The notes under the pieces were generated by a model. The model did not search any database and was not told the DNA's origin. It worked only from the letters and a program-made list of their open reading frames with translations. Positions 39,790 through 50,594 of a stretch of 64,000 nt of DNA are shown here, in pieces; position 1 is the stretch's first letter; the number at the start of each line of letters is the position of its first letter. Where the stretch lies: positions 544,001 to 608,000 of the forward strand of contig CAXXHB010000002.1 in the NCBI GenBank assembly GCA_963664815.2, given 5' to 3'. Position numbers and translations under genes: made by a program. This DNA is from Spirochaetota bacterium. Lineage in GTDB: Bacteria > Spirochaetota > UBA4802 > UBA5550.

Positions 39790-41136
39790 ATGAAAATAAC
39801 CATTATAAATCCACCAATAGAAGATTTCTATATCACCGGAATCAGGCGTCAACCGCTGGGACTTCTTTATATTGCAGCAACACTGAAGGCTGCAGGTTAC
39901 AATCCGTCACTTCTGAACTGTCATAGCGGTAAAAAAAGCATAATGGAAATTCCTGTTGAGTTCAGTTATCTTAAACGCTATATAAACAATCCTGACCCGG
40001 AACTTTGTTTCCCGTATAGAAATTATACACACTACGGGATGAGCTGGCAGGAGATTGATTTGCGGATAAAAAATTCGTCGGCGGATATATACTTCATCTC
40101 TTCTTTATTCACAACTTATTATGCGGAGGCAGAGAGAATTATTGATATTATAAGGAAATATTCGAAGAGTGCCTATATTGTGGTGGGAGGGTATCATGCT
40201 TCGCTTTATCCCGAATACTATATTAATGAGACAGGTGCCGATTTTGTAATACAGGGAGAAGGTGAGCTCTCTTCTCTTGAACTTGTTCGAGCGATAGAGA
40301 AAGGAGCATCATTTCAGAATATTCCCGGACTTGTCTATAGTGAAAATAGCGGAATTAAAAAAAATTCTGTAATCTCAAAGCCGGATGTAAATCTCCTTCC
40401 AAATCCTGCAAGGGAATATCTTCTTGTCAGGGATTTTAAGGCTTACAGAAAAATTTTTATCCCGGTTATAACATCAAGAGGGTGTCCAAATAATTGTACA
40501 TTCTGCACCGGGAAAATTATATGGGGTAGCGGACGCAGGGAACGCAAAGCGGAAGATGTGATGTGTGAGATAACAGAATGTATCGAAAAGTATAATGCGC
40601 AGATAATAAATTTTGAAGATGATAATCTTTTTCCCTCAAAAAAAAGGGCATACGAATTACTGGAACAACTTATTAATATAAGAGAAAAGAAAAGTCTGAC
40701 GTTCGAATTAACAGCGATGAATGGAATCTCGATTGAAAAAATTGATGATGATATTATTAATCTTATGAAAAGAGCCGGATTCAGTGAACTGAATATATCC
40801 CTTGTAACACATTCGGAGAATCTGCAGACGAACGAGAAAAGACCATTCAATTCTGAAAAATTTAAGATGATCGCCGTATCGGCGAAGCGGAACCGGATGA
40901 ATGTCCGGGGATATTTTATTCTGGGGCTGCCGGGTCAGAGCCGCGAAGAGATAAGTGATACAATTTCTTTTCTTAAAAGTATCGATGTAAAAATCTTCCC
41001 TTCAGTATATTACAATGTTTATTCCCCAGAGAGCGAATGGAAAATGCAAAGATCTTCAGCCTTTTATAATGAAAATATGTTACTGAATCGTGATGATCTT
41101 TTTAGAAGTTTTAACAGTTGTTTCACGGCATTCTGA
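39790..41136 (+). CDS. B12-binding domain radical SAM protein
   Basis: Motifs PLGLLYIAA, VVGGYHAS, GEGE, TSRGCPNNCTFC, FEDDN, FILGLPG. Confidence 0.9.
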   Translation: MKITIINPPIEDFYITGIRRQPLGLLYIAATLKAAGYNPSLLNCHSGKKSIMEIPVEFSYLKRYINNPDPELCFPYRNYTHYGMSWQEIDLRIKNSSADIYFISSLFTTYYAEAERIIDIIRKYSKSAYIVVGGYHASLYPEYYINETGADFVIQGEGELSSLELVRAIEKGASFQNIPGLVYSENSGIKKNSVISKPDVNLLPNPAREYLLVRDFKAYRKIFIPVITSRGCPNNCTFCTGKIIWGSGRRERKAEDVMCEITECIEKYNAQIINFEDDNLFPSKKRAYELLEQLINIREKKSLTFELTAMNGISIEKIDDDIINLMKRAGFSELNISLVTHSENLQTNEKRPFNSEKFKMIAVSAKRNRMNVRGYFILGLPGQSREEISDTISFLKSIDVKIFPSVYYNVYSPESEWKMQRSSAFYNENMLLNRDDLFRSFNSCFTAF

Positions 41137-41259
41137 ATAACAGATTGAAAAAGAGTATCAGTTATTTTATACATTCAATATGCCGGTAATAAAATTCAGT
41201 TGCTTTTTTATAATGTTTTTCTTAGATTAAAAAGATATTTTCAGGATAAAGGATATTAA

Positions 41260-42048
41260 ATGATTCATCTGAAAAAAGAAAAATCCCGGTTAAAAAAGAA
41301 ATTAACCCTCTATTTTTTACTCATTGCAGTTGTTTCAATTTCAGTTAGTGTTGAAATGATTTTCGAGTTCAGTTCGGCTAAATTCCGGAATGACATAAGG
41401 TCTCAGCTCATTAAAGAAGTACAGCAGGGAGTACCGGGTGAATATGTAGTAAAACTTAATATTGAAAAATTAAACACAGCAATTAATAACCCGATAAATG
41501 ACTTAAGGAACAGAATGATTCTTCTTCTCCTTGTAATATGCGGAAGTATAGTTGGCGCTTTTATTATGTTCGCGAAGGATATTGTTTCACCAATGGACAG
41601 TATAGTTGATGCTACAAAAAAAATTGCCGATGGCGACCTCACTGTAACTGTTCCGGTTATATCTGATGATGAAATAGGACAGATAGCCACTCTTATAAAT
41701 GACATGAATATAAATCTTCAGGATATGATTATGCAGATAAGGCAGGAGATATCGAGGCATAAAAATAAAATTCTGGAAGCCGGAATAATAATTACCTCAC
41801 TAACTGATAAAAACAGCGAGGAGATTTTAAAGAACAGGAAAATGAAAGTTTCGGATTATAAAAAAATGATGGGATTAAGTAATGATGTAGTGAAACTCCT
41901 TGATACAATGCTGATTGATCTTGGAGCTCTGGAAAATTTTGTTAAAATGTATAAGACTTACTCAATACATACAGAGATTAATCAGAAAGAGCTCGATAAG
42001 GTGTTAGATCAATATAATGTCAGGTTAGGTTCTGAGGAAGAGGAATAA
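41260..42048 (+). CDS. Two-TM HAMP domain protein without a recognisable output domain
   Basis: Two TM segments and HAMP (IVSPM..IADGDLT..DDEIGQIATLINDM), followed by a short coiled tail. Confidence 0.8.
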   Translation: MIHLKKEKSRLKKKLTLYFLLIAVVSISVSVEMIFEFSSAKFRNDIRSQLIKEVQQGVPGEYVVKLNIEKLNTAINNPINDLRNRMILLLLVICGSIVGAFIMFAKDIVSPMDSIVDATKKIADGDLTVTVPVISDDEIGQIATLINDMNINLQDMIMQIRQEISRHKNKILEAGIIITSLTDKNSEEILKNRKMKVSDYKKMMGLSNDVVKLLDTMLIDLGALENFVKMYKTYSIHTEINQKELDKVLDQYNVRLGSEEEE

Positions 42049-42830
42049 TGAGTTTTGAATACTGGTATATGTTTCCTGTAGCTGTAGTCGTTTCGATACT
42101 TGCCAATTCATCCGGTTTTTCCGGCGGGGTACTATTCCAGCCGATCTATAATCTTTTTCTGAATATTCCTATTCAGAGTGCAGTGGCGACTGGAATTGCC
42201 ACTGAAACTATTGGAATGACAAGCGGTGCGGCAAGGTATATCTATTATAAGATGGTTGATCTTCCGATAGCATTTACTATGATAATGCTCACAATACCGG
42301 GTGTGGTTCTTGGAAATCATGCGCTCATTGTGATAAATGGTGATCTGCTTAAATTTATCCTTGGTTTCATTATTCTTTTTATCGCCACGATGCAGTTCAC
42401 TCATGCAGTAAGAAAATCTTTCGGTGAAAGAGACAGTGTTCCTGTTGAAGATATATACCCTTTTATGTGGATTCCGCCAATCAGCGGATTCTTTTCTGCG
42501 GCGACAGGAACAGGTGTATGTGAGATCTCACAGCCGCTTCTTGAAAAGGGCTTAAATCTTAAAACAAAAAGAGCTAATGCTACAGCCATAATGATTGAAG
42601 CAACTGCCGACTGGATAATAACAATACTGAACATTCATGCAGGATTTATCATGTGGAAGTTGTGGATCTTCACCGGTACAGGAGTAATCATCGGAGGTCA
42701 GATTGGTCCATATATTTCGCGATATCTTCCGGAAAGATTGATTAAAATTATATTTTCAATTTCTATAATTCTCATTGGCATGTTTTATATTTATAAAGGA
42801 TATCTCTGGTTTACTAAAGGGCGGGTCTAA
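42048..42830 (+). CDS. Sulfite exporter TauE/SafE family protein
   Basis: Motifs SGFSGGVLFQP, AVATG, GVIIGGQIGP, about 8 TM. TAATG coupling to the previous gene. Confidence 0.85.
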   Translation: MSFEYWYMFPVAVVVSILANSSGFSGGVLFQPIYNLFLNIPIQSAVATGIATETIGMTSGAARYIYYKMVDLPIAFTMIMLTIPGVVLGNHALIVINGDLLKFILGFIILFIATMQFTHAVRKSFGERDSVPVEDIYPFMWIPPISGFFSAATGTGVCEISQPLLEKGLNLKTKRANATAIMIEATADWIITILNIHAGFIMWKLWIFTGTGVIIGGQIGPYISRYLPERLIKIIFSISIILIGMFYIYKGYLWFTKGRV

Positions 42831-42839
42831 ACATATTTT

Positions 42840-44528
42840 ATGGGACTTATTTTTTTCCTTGAAAGCACAGCGGGACAGGGTGTTCTTTATTTCAGCCAGA
42901 CTCTTCTTTTTTCTGTAATGCTTTATATTCTTGCCGCAGAGTTTATCCGTACCAGAGATAAAACTCTGGTTTATAAGCTGATGGCTTCGTGCAGTATAAC
43001 TTTTGTTAGTGGTGGAACTGCTCTTATATTTATTCTTGATTCTTTTTATAATATTAAAATAACCCAGAAATATTTCCCTTTGATATTCAACGGACTCTTC
43101 GCCATTGTTGTCATTTCCCTGGCTAGGGCTTTTACTTATGAATTTGTTTCAAACAGAGACAGGTTTCAGAAGCTGATAAATTCAGGAATTATTCTTTCAT
43201 GCGTGATATATATTGTAATGCAGATTTACTGGCTTAGCATTTTTACTCCGGGTATGGAGTTCTGGAAGTCAGATCTTCAATTAATATTTTCACTATTCTT
43301 TATTTTTATGGTCATTTTTTCAATATACCATCTTGTGAGATTCAGGAAGAGTTATAAATTAAGACTGGTAACAGGTTTCTCTTCAATCGCCATTGTACAG
43401 ATGATTAATATTTATGGTTCCATTACGAATTACATTCCACCGATTCTTTTCATAATCAAGGCCGCTGCACCGATGCTTGTTCCTGTAATGTTTACAAGCG
43501 TTGTATTCAAGGAATTAATAGGAAGAGTTGTATTAATGGTGGAGCAGATAAGAATAACTTTCGATCATCAGAGGGAGTTAATTTTTGAACTTATAAATAT
43601 AGGCGTAGATCTCTCCTCGATGTCGGATAATCTGGTAAAGGCTGCTCTTGACGGATGGTCTAAACTCTCGTTCGTTGTAGAGACTATAAGGGAACAGATA
43701 AAGGACAGTGATTCATTGAATGAAATTACAAAAGCATCTTCTGAAAGATTAAAGTCGCTTAATCTGAAATCAGTTGAAGAGTCTGTGAATAAACTGATAG
43801 AGAATGCAGTAATATGTTATAATAATGATGATAATGTGTCAAACGGCTTATTCCATGAAATAGTGACAGGGATGGAAAAGACATCAAGACTGGTAGCTGA
43901 ATCGTCTATCGATAGTGAGAAACTTAAAGAATTGCTCCCCGCAGTAAACTCGGCACTTGATAATATTGATGATATTTCTGACAGAACAAATATTCTTTCG
44001 CTGAATGCATCTATTGAAGCAGCAAGAGCCGGTGTTAACGGGAGAGGATTTGCTGTTGTTGCCGAGGAGATCGGCAGACTTGCTGAGAATTCTCTGGCCG
44101 GTTCCAGAGAGGTAAGAAGAAACATTTCAGAGATAATAAATCTCTTCAGAGAATACGAAGAAAAATCGGTAGTTTCGGTTAAAGAGATGAACAGGCTGCT
44201 GGAAAAGCTCGGGGTAATGGGATCTGTAGCTGAGAAAAAAACAGATATAGAGATCGATCCCGCTGTATCGGAAGGAATAAGAACAGGGATTGAATTATAT
44301 AACTCGGTTGTAGGGGAGATTGTAAGAAAAGTGGATAATGTAGAGACAATAACCGGGAGAAGCCGTATCCATGCAGAGGAGATGAAAAATAAAATCAGTG
44401 AACATATCAGAAACATTGAATCATTTGCCGGTATCAGCGATATGATAAATGATCTTGTTGCCAAGCTTAACAGCAAAATTAATGTAATAATTGAGCAGAC
44501 AGGGGAGCTGGAAAAGCTGACTTCGTAG
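42840..44528 (+). CDS. Methyl-accepting chemotaxis-like protein with multi-TM N-terminus
   Basis: Signalling hairpin [34 protein letters not shown] and about 7 N-terminal TM helices. Confidence 0.88.
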   Translation: MGLIFFLESTAGQGVLYFSQTLLFSVMLYILAAEFIRTRDKTLVYKLMASCSITFVSGGTALIFILDSFYNIKITQKYFPLIFNGLFAIVVISLARAFTYEFVSNRDRFQKLINSGIILSCVIYIVMQIYWLSIFTPGMEFWKSDLQLIFSLFFIFMVIFSIYHLVRFRKSYKLRLVTGFSSIAIVQMINIYGSITNYIPPILFIIKAAAPMLVPVMFTSVVFKELIGRVVLMVEQIRITFDHQRELIFELINIGVDLSSMSDNLVKAALDGWSKLSFVVETIREQIKDSDSLNEITKASSERLKSLNLKSVEESVNKLIENAVICYNNDDNVSNGLFHEIVTGMEKTSRLVAESSIDSEKLKELLPAVNSALDNIDDISDRTNILSLNASIEAARAGVNGRGFAVVAEEIGRLAENSLAGSREVRRNISEIINLFREYEEKSVVSVKEMNRLLEKLGVMGSVAEKKTDIEIDPAVSEGIRTGIELYNSVVGEIVRKVDNVETITGRSRIHAEEMKNKISEHIRNIESFAGISDMINDLVAKLNSKINVIIEQTGELEKLTS

Positions 44529-44684
44529 AAAACAAAAAAAATCTAATGAGACATAAATAGTATTGACAACTTTAATGATGTTGACAATAAATATTCAGGT
44601 TAAAGGCTTGATAATGGATTTCACTCATAAATAAAATCTCAATGAAGCCGTGACCACTTTATATATGGAAAGTATAAAAGTGAT

Positions 44685-45638
44685 ATGAATTCATTAAACA
44701 GAAAAGACCTCCTCGATATTAAATCGCTCTCTCCTGAAGAAATAATGCTCATATGTGATACAGCAAAGTATTTCAAAGATGTCTTTACCCGCGATGTTAA
44801 AAGTGTACCTGTGTTGAGGGGTAAAACAGTCTGCACGTTGTTTTATGAACCGTCAACCCGTACCAGGCTCAGTTTTGAACTTGCTGCGAAAATGCTGTCG
44901 GCAAATACGATAAATGTCCCTGTTACAACATCGAGTGTTGTAAAGGGGGAATCGCTGATAGATACAGTGAGAACCCTTGAAGCCATGAAGGCAGACTATA
45001 TAGTAATGAGGCATGGAGCATCTTTAGCACCCCATTTTTTATCTAAAAATATCAAGGCTTCTGTTATAAATGGTGGTGACGGTTATCACTCTCATCCCAC
45101 ACAGGCGCTTCTTGATACATATTCTATTCTTGAAAAAAGGGAGACCCTCAGGGGGCTTCATATAGGGATTATCGGTGATATAAAACATTCAAGGGTTGCG
45201 AGATCGGATATTGTTGCTTTTACAAAACTAGGGGCAAAGATAACCCTGTGCGGACCTTCAACACTTCTTCCCGATGAGTTTAAACAGTATGGCGTGGATA
45301 TTACCTATGACCTTGATGAGCTTCTTCCTGAGCTTGATGTAATAAATATGCTAAGAATTCAGAGAGAAAGACAGAAAGGATCACTTTTCCCGTCAATCAG
45401 GGAATATAATCTTCTATATTCCCTTACCGAAGAGAGATTTGAAAAATGCAAGCCGGAAATTATCGTGATGCATCCCGGGCCGATGAATCGCGGGATTGAA
45501 CTTGATGATGCCGTGGCTGACTGCCCTAATTCGATAATTAACGAACAGGTGACTAACGGTGTGGCTGTGAGAATGGCTATTTTTTATTTACTGGCGGGCG
45601 GGACTCCGCTTAGTGGCGCTGATACTGAGGGTAATTGA
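44685..45638 (+). CDS. pyrB: Aspartate carbamoyltransferase catalytic subunit
   Basis: Motifs FYEPSTRTRLSF, HPTQALLD, GDIKHSRVARS, RIQRER, MHPGP. Confidence 0.97.
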   Translation: MNSLNRKDLLDIKSLSPEEIMLICDTAKYFKDVFTRDVKSVPVLRGKTVCTLFYEPSTRTRLSFELAAKMLSANTINVPVTTSSVVKGESLIDTVRTLEAMKADYIVMRHGASLAPHFLSKNIKASVINGGDGYHSHPTQALLDTYSILEKRETLRGLHIGIIGDIKHSRVARSDIVAFTKLGAKITLCGPSTLLPDEFKQYGVDITYDLDELLPELDVINMLRIQRERQKGSLFPSIREYNLLYSLTEERFEKCKPEIIVMHPGPMNRGIELDDAVADCPNSIINEQVTNGVAVRMAIFYLLAGGTPLSGADTEGN

Positions 45639-45643
45639 TATAT

Positions 45644-46936
45644 ATGGGTATACTGATTAAAAATGGAAGAGTAATAGATCCGGCAAGCAGGACGGATGAA
45701 CGGCTTGATGTAGTTATCAGCGATAATAAAATTAAGGATATTGCAAAAAATCTGAGCCCGGCATCCGGCGATGAAGTCATAGATGTGCGGGGTGCTCTTG
45801 TGCTTCCAGGTCTTATTGACATGCATGTTCATTTTCGCGAACCCGGCAGGGAGGATATCGAAACTATAATAGGCGGTTCAATAGTCGCAGCAAAAAGCGG
45901 TTTTACATCTGTTTGTACAATGCCTAACACTTCACCTGTGATTGATAACCAGGCTCTTGTCCGTTTTATAATTATGGAAGCGGCAAAAGGTCCAATAAAT
46001 GTTTTTCCTACAGCGAATATTTCAAAAGGGGGGAAGGGTGAGGAAATTTCCGAAATGGGGGAGCTCGTTAAAGGGGGAGCCGTAGCCTTTACCGATGATG
46101 GCCGCCCGGTGATGAATTCAATTCTTATGAGGAGAGCACTTGAATACTCGCGTATGTTTAATGTGCCGGTACTTTCTCATGCTGAGGATAAACTTCTCGC
46201 TGATGAAGGTTTAATGAATGAAGGGCTAAATTCAAACAGACTTGGACTTCATGGAATCCCATCCGAAGCAGAAGAAGTGATGATAGCCAGGGATATAATT
46301 CTTTCCAGACTTGCCAAGGGAAAACTCCATATATGTCACGTATCATCAGCTGGATCTGTTGAATTGATCCGTCGCGGGAAATCCGATGGCATTAATGTTT
46401 CATGTGAAACCGCTCCTCACTATTTCGCGCTCAATGATGATGCTGTAGAAGAACATATGTCAATGGCTAAAATGAATCCACCACTGCGAAGCGAACATGA
46501 CAGAAAGGAGATTATTCGTGGGCTTAAAGATGGAACAATTGAAGTGATTGCAACAGATCACGCTCCTCACGCGTTGTTTGAAAAAATGCAGGAGATGGAG
46601 TATTCTCCTTTTGGAATTATAGGGCTTGAAACAGCTGTGCCATTAATTATAACAGAGCTTGTTCGCAATAATAATTTTTCATATATAGAAGCATTCTCCA
46701 AGATCACGTGCAATCCGTCTAAAATTCTCAATCTTGGAAAAGGTGAATTAAAACCAGGCGCTGCAGGGGATTTAACTGTTATAAATCCTGATGAAAAAGT
46801 GGTAGTTGATGAAAAATTCCTCATTTCTAAATGCAAAAATACGCCTTTCGTCGGGAAAGAACTTTTTGGTAGTATCGAATACACTATATGCAACGGAAGA
46901 ATAGTGTATAAGAGGAACCAGGCCTGGGATAGATGA
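45644..46936 (+). CDS. pyrC: Dihydroorotase (type I)
   Basis: Motifs DMHVHFREPG, MPNT, KMNPPLR, ATDHAPH. Follows pyrB. Confidence 0.95.
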   Translation: MGILIKNGRVIDPASRTDERLDVVISDNKIKDIAKNLSPASGDEVIDVRGALVLPGLIDMHVHFREPGREDIETIIGGSIVAAKSGFTSVCTMPNTSPVIDNQALVRFIIMEAAKGPINVFPTANISKGGKGEEISEMGELVKGGAVAFTDDGRPVMNSILMRRALEYSRMFNVPVLSHAEDKLLADEGLMNEGLNSNRLGLHGIPSEAEEVMIARDIILSRLAKGKLHICHVSSAGSVELIRRGKSDGINVSCETAPHYFALNDDAVEEHMSMAKMNPPLRSEHDRKEIIRGLKDGTIEVIATDHAPHALFEKMQEMEYSPFGIIGLETAVPLIITELVRNNNFSYIEAFSKITCNPSKILNLGKGELKPGAAGDLTVINPDEKVVVDEKFLISKCKNTPFVGKELFGSIEYTICNGRIVYKRNQAWDR

Positions 46937-48876
46937 AGTCGATCCATTCTGAAAAGCATATAACAACTTCTGAAACTGCACAGATGCTGGGAATATCTGT
47001 AACATCCGTTAAAAATTGGGTGCGTCATGGTTTTATCGAAAGAGTAATAAATGATGCGGATGTTTTTTTTCTTGAAAAAGATGTAGTTTCTCTTCGCAAT
47101 CGTATACTTAACGGTGAACTTAAACGCCTTAATAACAGGGCAAATAAATCTAGTTCATTGAAGACTTTTTTCCCTGATGAGCTTTTTAGCAGTGAAGAAG
47201 AAAAACGTATTGTATCAGAAATTTCTTCATTTATAATGAGACATAATATACCATTATCATCAGCACTCTTTCTTATTTGCCTTAACCTTCTTGAAAAAAG
47301 AGGGATGCTTGAAGGTGCTGCTCCGGAGGATATACTCTTTACAAGGAAAATAAATATAAGGAACAGAAAGCAGTTAAGTGAAACCCTAGATCAATGGAGG
47401 GGATCGTTATCATCAGATGTAAAACCTGAATTTTTTGAAATTTTAAAAGTGAGCTTCCCTGATCATTCAAATATTACCGGGATAATTTATCAGTCTATTC
47501 GTATAGAAGGAGACAGGAGCAGGCTTGGGATGTATTATACTCCGGATAATGTAGTATCAGAAATTGTCGGGAGAATTGTATCACCAGAATACTTCTTTCT
47601 CGATCCATGCTGCGGAACAGGACAGTTTCTCCTTGCATTCGCAGATAAAACAACTAATCCGGAAAATATTTATGGAATTGATATAGATCCGTTAGCTGTG
47701 AATGTTGCAAAAATAAATCTGCTGATGAAATTTCCAGATAAAGATTTCAACCCCAGAGTTTTCTGTGCTGATTCACTTCTTGATTATAATGAGTCATTTC
47801 TTTTGAGTGACATGAATAATTTTTCTAAATTTGACTGCATCGCCACTAATCCGCCATGGGGATCTTATTTTAACAACGATGAATTAAAAAATCTTAAAAC
47901 ATTTTATCCGGAAATTGTTTCCGGAGAATCCTTTTCATATTTTTTAGTAAAAAGTCTTCGTATGCTGAAATATCAGGGTATTTTATCTTTTGTACTTCCG
48001 GAGTCAATGCTGAATGTGAAAATTCATTCAGATATAAGAAAATACATTTTATCCAATTATCATATTTCCAGGATAGAACAGAAGAAAAAAATATTTAAGA
48101 ATGTATTCAGCCCTGCAATGGTGATTGATATACAAAATGTTAAAAGCAGTAAAAGGATAGAAATTATAAATAAAAATGAATCATTCCGAATAAACCAAAA
48201 TAGATTTAGCAGTAACAGTAATTATATTTTTGATATTAAAATTGATATTGAAGATGAGAAAATTCTTGATAAGATATTTTCATGCAATCATCAAACAGTA
48301 AAAGGTAATGCCGCATGGGCACTTGGTATAGTGACTGGAAACAATCAGAAATATATAAAGGATAAAAATGATAACCACTGTGAACCAGTTATTAAAGGTA
48401 AAGATATTTCCCCTTTTAAAATTAATCCCCCCAGTACCTTTATTAAATTTGAACCTGAAAAATTTCAACAGTGTGCAGATGTGAACTTTTACAGATGTGG
48501 TGAGAAACTGGTATACAAGTATATCTCAAAAAAACTGATTTTTGCGTGCGACAGGGATAATAGATTAACCCTTAACAGTGCAAACATTATGATTCCACAA
48601 TTAGAAAGTGTTGATATCAGGATTATTATGGCGTTGTTTAATTCAGATTTGTATCAGTATATTTTTCAGAAGAAATTTTCATCAGTTAAGGTTCTCAGAA
48701 GTCATATTGAAGAACTACCCGTTCCGGAGATGGCAAAAAATCAACAGCAGTCAATTATAAAAATGGTTGAGGATGTTGAATCAGGGGGTCCGGTTAATGA
48801 TATTAATGAATTTGTTTATGGAATTTTCGGTCTTAATGAATCTGAAATTAAATATATAAAGAAAAGAGTGGAATAA
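46933..48876 (+). CDS. N6-adenine DNA methyltransferase (gamma class, TaqI-like C-terminal TRD) with N-terminal HTH
   Basis: Motifs GMYYTP, DPCCGTGQFL (motif I) and NPPW (motif IV). N-terminal HTH ETAQMLGISVTSVKNWVR. Confidence 0.88.
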   Translation: MKSIHSEKHITTSETAQMLGISVTSVKNWVRHGFIERVINDADVFFLEKDVVSLRNRILNGELKRLNNRANKSSSLKTFFPDELFSSEEEKRIVSEISSFIMRHNIPLSSALFLICLNLLEKRGMLEGAAPEDILFTRKINIRNRKQLSETLDQWRGSLSSDVKPEFFEILKVSFPDHSNITGIIYQSIRIEGDRSRLGMYYTPDNVVSEIVGRIVSPEYFFLDPCCGTGQFLLAFADKTTNPENIYGIDIDPLAVNVAKINLLMKFPDKDFNPRVFCADSLLDYNESFLLSDMNNFSKFDCIATNPPWGSYFNNDELKNLKTFYPEIVSGESFSYFLVKSLRMLKYQGILSFVLPESMLNVKIHSDIRKYILSNYHISRIEQKKKIFKNVFSPAMVIDIQNVKSSKRIEIINKNESFRINQNRFSSNSNYIFDIKIDIEDEKILDKIFSCNHQTVKGNAAWALGIVTGNNQKYIKDKNDNHCEPVIKGKDISPFKINPPSTFIKFEPEKFQQCADVNFYRCGEKLVYKYISKKLIFACDRDNRLTLNSANIMIPQLESVDIRIIMALFNSDLYQYIFQKKFSSVKVLRSHIEELPVPEMAKNQQQSIIKMVEDVESGGPVNDINEFVYGIFGLNESEIKYIKKRVE

Positions 48877-48880
48877 CAAA

Positions 48881-49768
48881 TTACTCTTTAAGCTTTTCAT
48901 TCATAAAATCCATAAGCTCCGGAATCTGCTGTCTCCATGATGTCCATCCGTACATACCATATTTATTGTCCTTGTATACAATACTATATTCAGGAGATTT
49001 TTTCTGAAGCTGCTTCAGCTTTATGGCCATAATACGGGATTGACCGGGATTATATGCATCCTGTTTTAATCCGTGATACAGATAGACATTAACTCCTTTG
49101 AGCTTTTCTGCAAGCTTAAGAGGATTATCGTCGTTTTCCCATCTTATCTGAAATTTGGTATAACTTCCATAAACAGCTTCTATCATTTTGCTGTTTGGAA
49201 GAATTGTCGGGTCATAATATCCGGAAATTCCGGCTGTAGCTCCGAATTTTTCAGGGTATTGGCATGCTGTTAGTATTGCTCCATGTGCCCCGGCAATTAC
49301 GCCAATGATTCCTGTATTCTCTTTTTTTAATGCCAGTGAAAAGTTATCATTGAGAAATTTTATCAGGGTTTCTCCAATAAATTTTCCTCCTGGTATTACA
49401 TTCCATTTGTATGTTGTTTCAGGATAGTAGGAAGTTTCATATACAGACTTATTCATATTGGGGCATACTATTATCATGTTGTATTTATTTGCAGATGATT
49501 CTATAGATGCTCCGGTTTCCCAGTCTCTTTCGTTGCTGTCATACTGGTGCAGAGCGATTAATGTTCTTAGTTTATCGCCTTTTGTGTAGTTTTTAGGGAA
49601 GTATATCTGAATTTTAGCTGTAGATGATTCTCCCATGTATTCAGTTTTCACAATTACATTTTTAAGCCACTTACCAGGTTGAATCTGGCTGATGTAATCA
49701 ACATCTCCTGCTGAAACTATGAGTGGCAATAAAAGAAAAAAAACAAGTAACGGGAAACATTTTTTCAT
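48881..49768 (-). CDS. Secreted alpha/beta-hydrolase (esterase-like) protein, catalytic residues apparently lost
   Basis: Signal peptide and esterase-type layout (IYFP..Y, LIALH, IIVCP, GISG, YLYHG..D). The nucleophile elbow reads GVIAG. Confidence 0.7.
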   Translation of the reverse strand: MKKCFPLLVFFLLLPLIVSAGDVDYISQIQPGKWLKNVIVKTEYMGESSTAKIQIYFPKNYTKGDKLRTLIALHQYDSNERDWETGASIESSANKYNMIIVCPNMNKSVYETSYYPETTYKWNVIPGGKFIGETLIKFLNDNFSLALKKENTGIIGVIAGAHGAILTACQYPEKFGATAGISGYYDPTILPNSKMIEAVYGSYTKFQIRWENDDNPLKLAEKLKGVNVYLYHGLKQDAYNPGQSRIMAIKLKQLQKKSPEYSIVYKDNKYGMYGWTSWRQQIPELMDFMNEKLKE

Positions 49769-49919
49769 GAGTATAGACCTCATCTGCAAATTATGATTTT
49801 TATATATTACGGCTGAAAGAGACAAAGATATAAAATTATTAAATTCAACTATAAATTAAGTAATATATGCAAATATAATTTAAACAATTTATGTATTACG
49901 AGTCAAGCAGTTTAATAAT

Positions 49920-50594
49920 TCAGGGAAGATAGCCGTTTTCTTTCATGCTATAATATGATAAGTTTGTGAGTATTATATGATCAAGCAATGGTATTCCAAC
50001 TATTTTACCTGCTTCGATCAGCCTTTTAGTTGTTTCAATATCCTGTTTTGAAGGAGTAGTGTTCCCTGACGGGTGATTATGAGTGACAATTATTCCAGAA
50101 CCGGCTTCTTTTATGGCATCTCTAAAAACTTCGCGAGGATGTACAATAGCTTCGGTAATGGTTCCAATTGATATAATGCTTTTTTTCAGCAGCATATTTT
50201 TATTATTCACAACCAAAACTCGGAATTCCTCTTTTTGAAGACATGCGATTTCCGGAAGTAGAAGCTGCCAAACGGCATCCGGTGAGCTTATATGCTTCAG
50301 ATCTGCAATATCTGTAATTACACGCCGTCCTATTTCAAATGCTGCCTGAATTTTTACAGCTTTTTTTAGTCCCAGACCTTTTTCTGCAGCTATTTCCCGT
50401 AGTCCTGCTTTTGATACTGCAGAAAGCCCCCCCATATTTTTTATGATTCTTGATGACAGTTCAAGTACATCTATATCTTTTATTCCTGTTCCAAGGATGA
50501 CTGCCAGTAGTTCTGTATCCGAAAGATTCTGTACGCTTTCGCCATCGATGCATTTCTGCACAGGGAGTTTAAAGTCAGCATGCATTTTACTCAT
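49920..50594 (-). CDS. radC: RadC family protein (JAB domain)
   Basis: Motifs LSDTELLAVILGTG, VHPREVF, HNHPSG, LLDHII. Confidence 0.93.
   Translation of the reverse strand: MSKMHADFKLPVQKCIDGESVQNLSDTELLAVILGTGIKDIDVLELSSRIIKNMGGLSAVSKAGLREIAAEKGLGLKKAVKIQAAFEIGRRVITDIADLKHISSPDAVWQLLLPEIACLQKEEFRVLVVNNKNMLLKKSIISIGTITEAIVHPREVFRDAIKEAGSGIIVTHNHPSGNTTPSKQDIETTKRLIEAGKIVGIPLLDHIILTNLSYYSMKENGYLP

Noticed and set aside
43817-44476. Long antisense ORFs (also 3904-4578, 21194-21736, 30961-31521, 46567-47028)
   Set aside because: They are shadows of well-supported genes on the opposite strand, with Ser/Ile-rich composition and no motifs.
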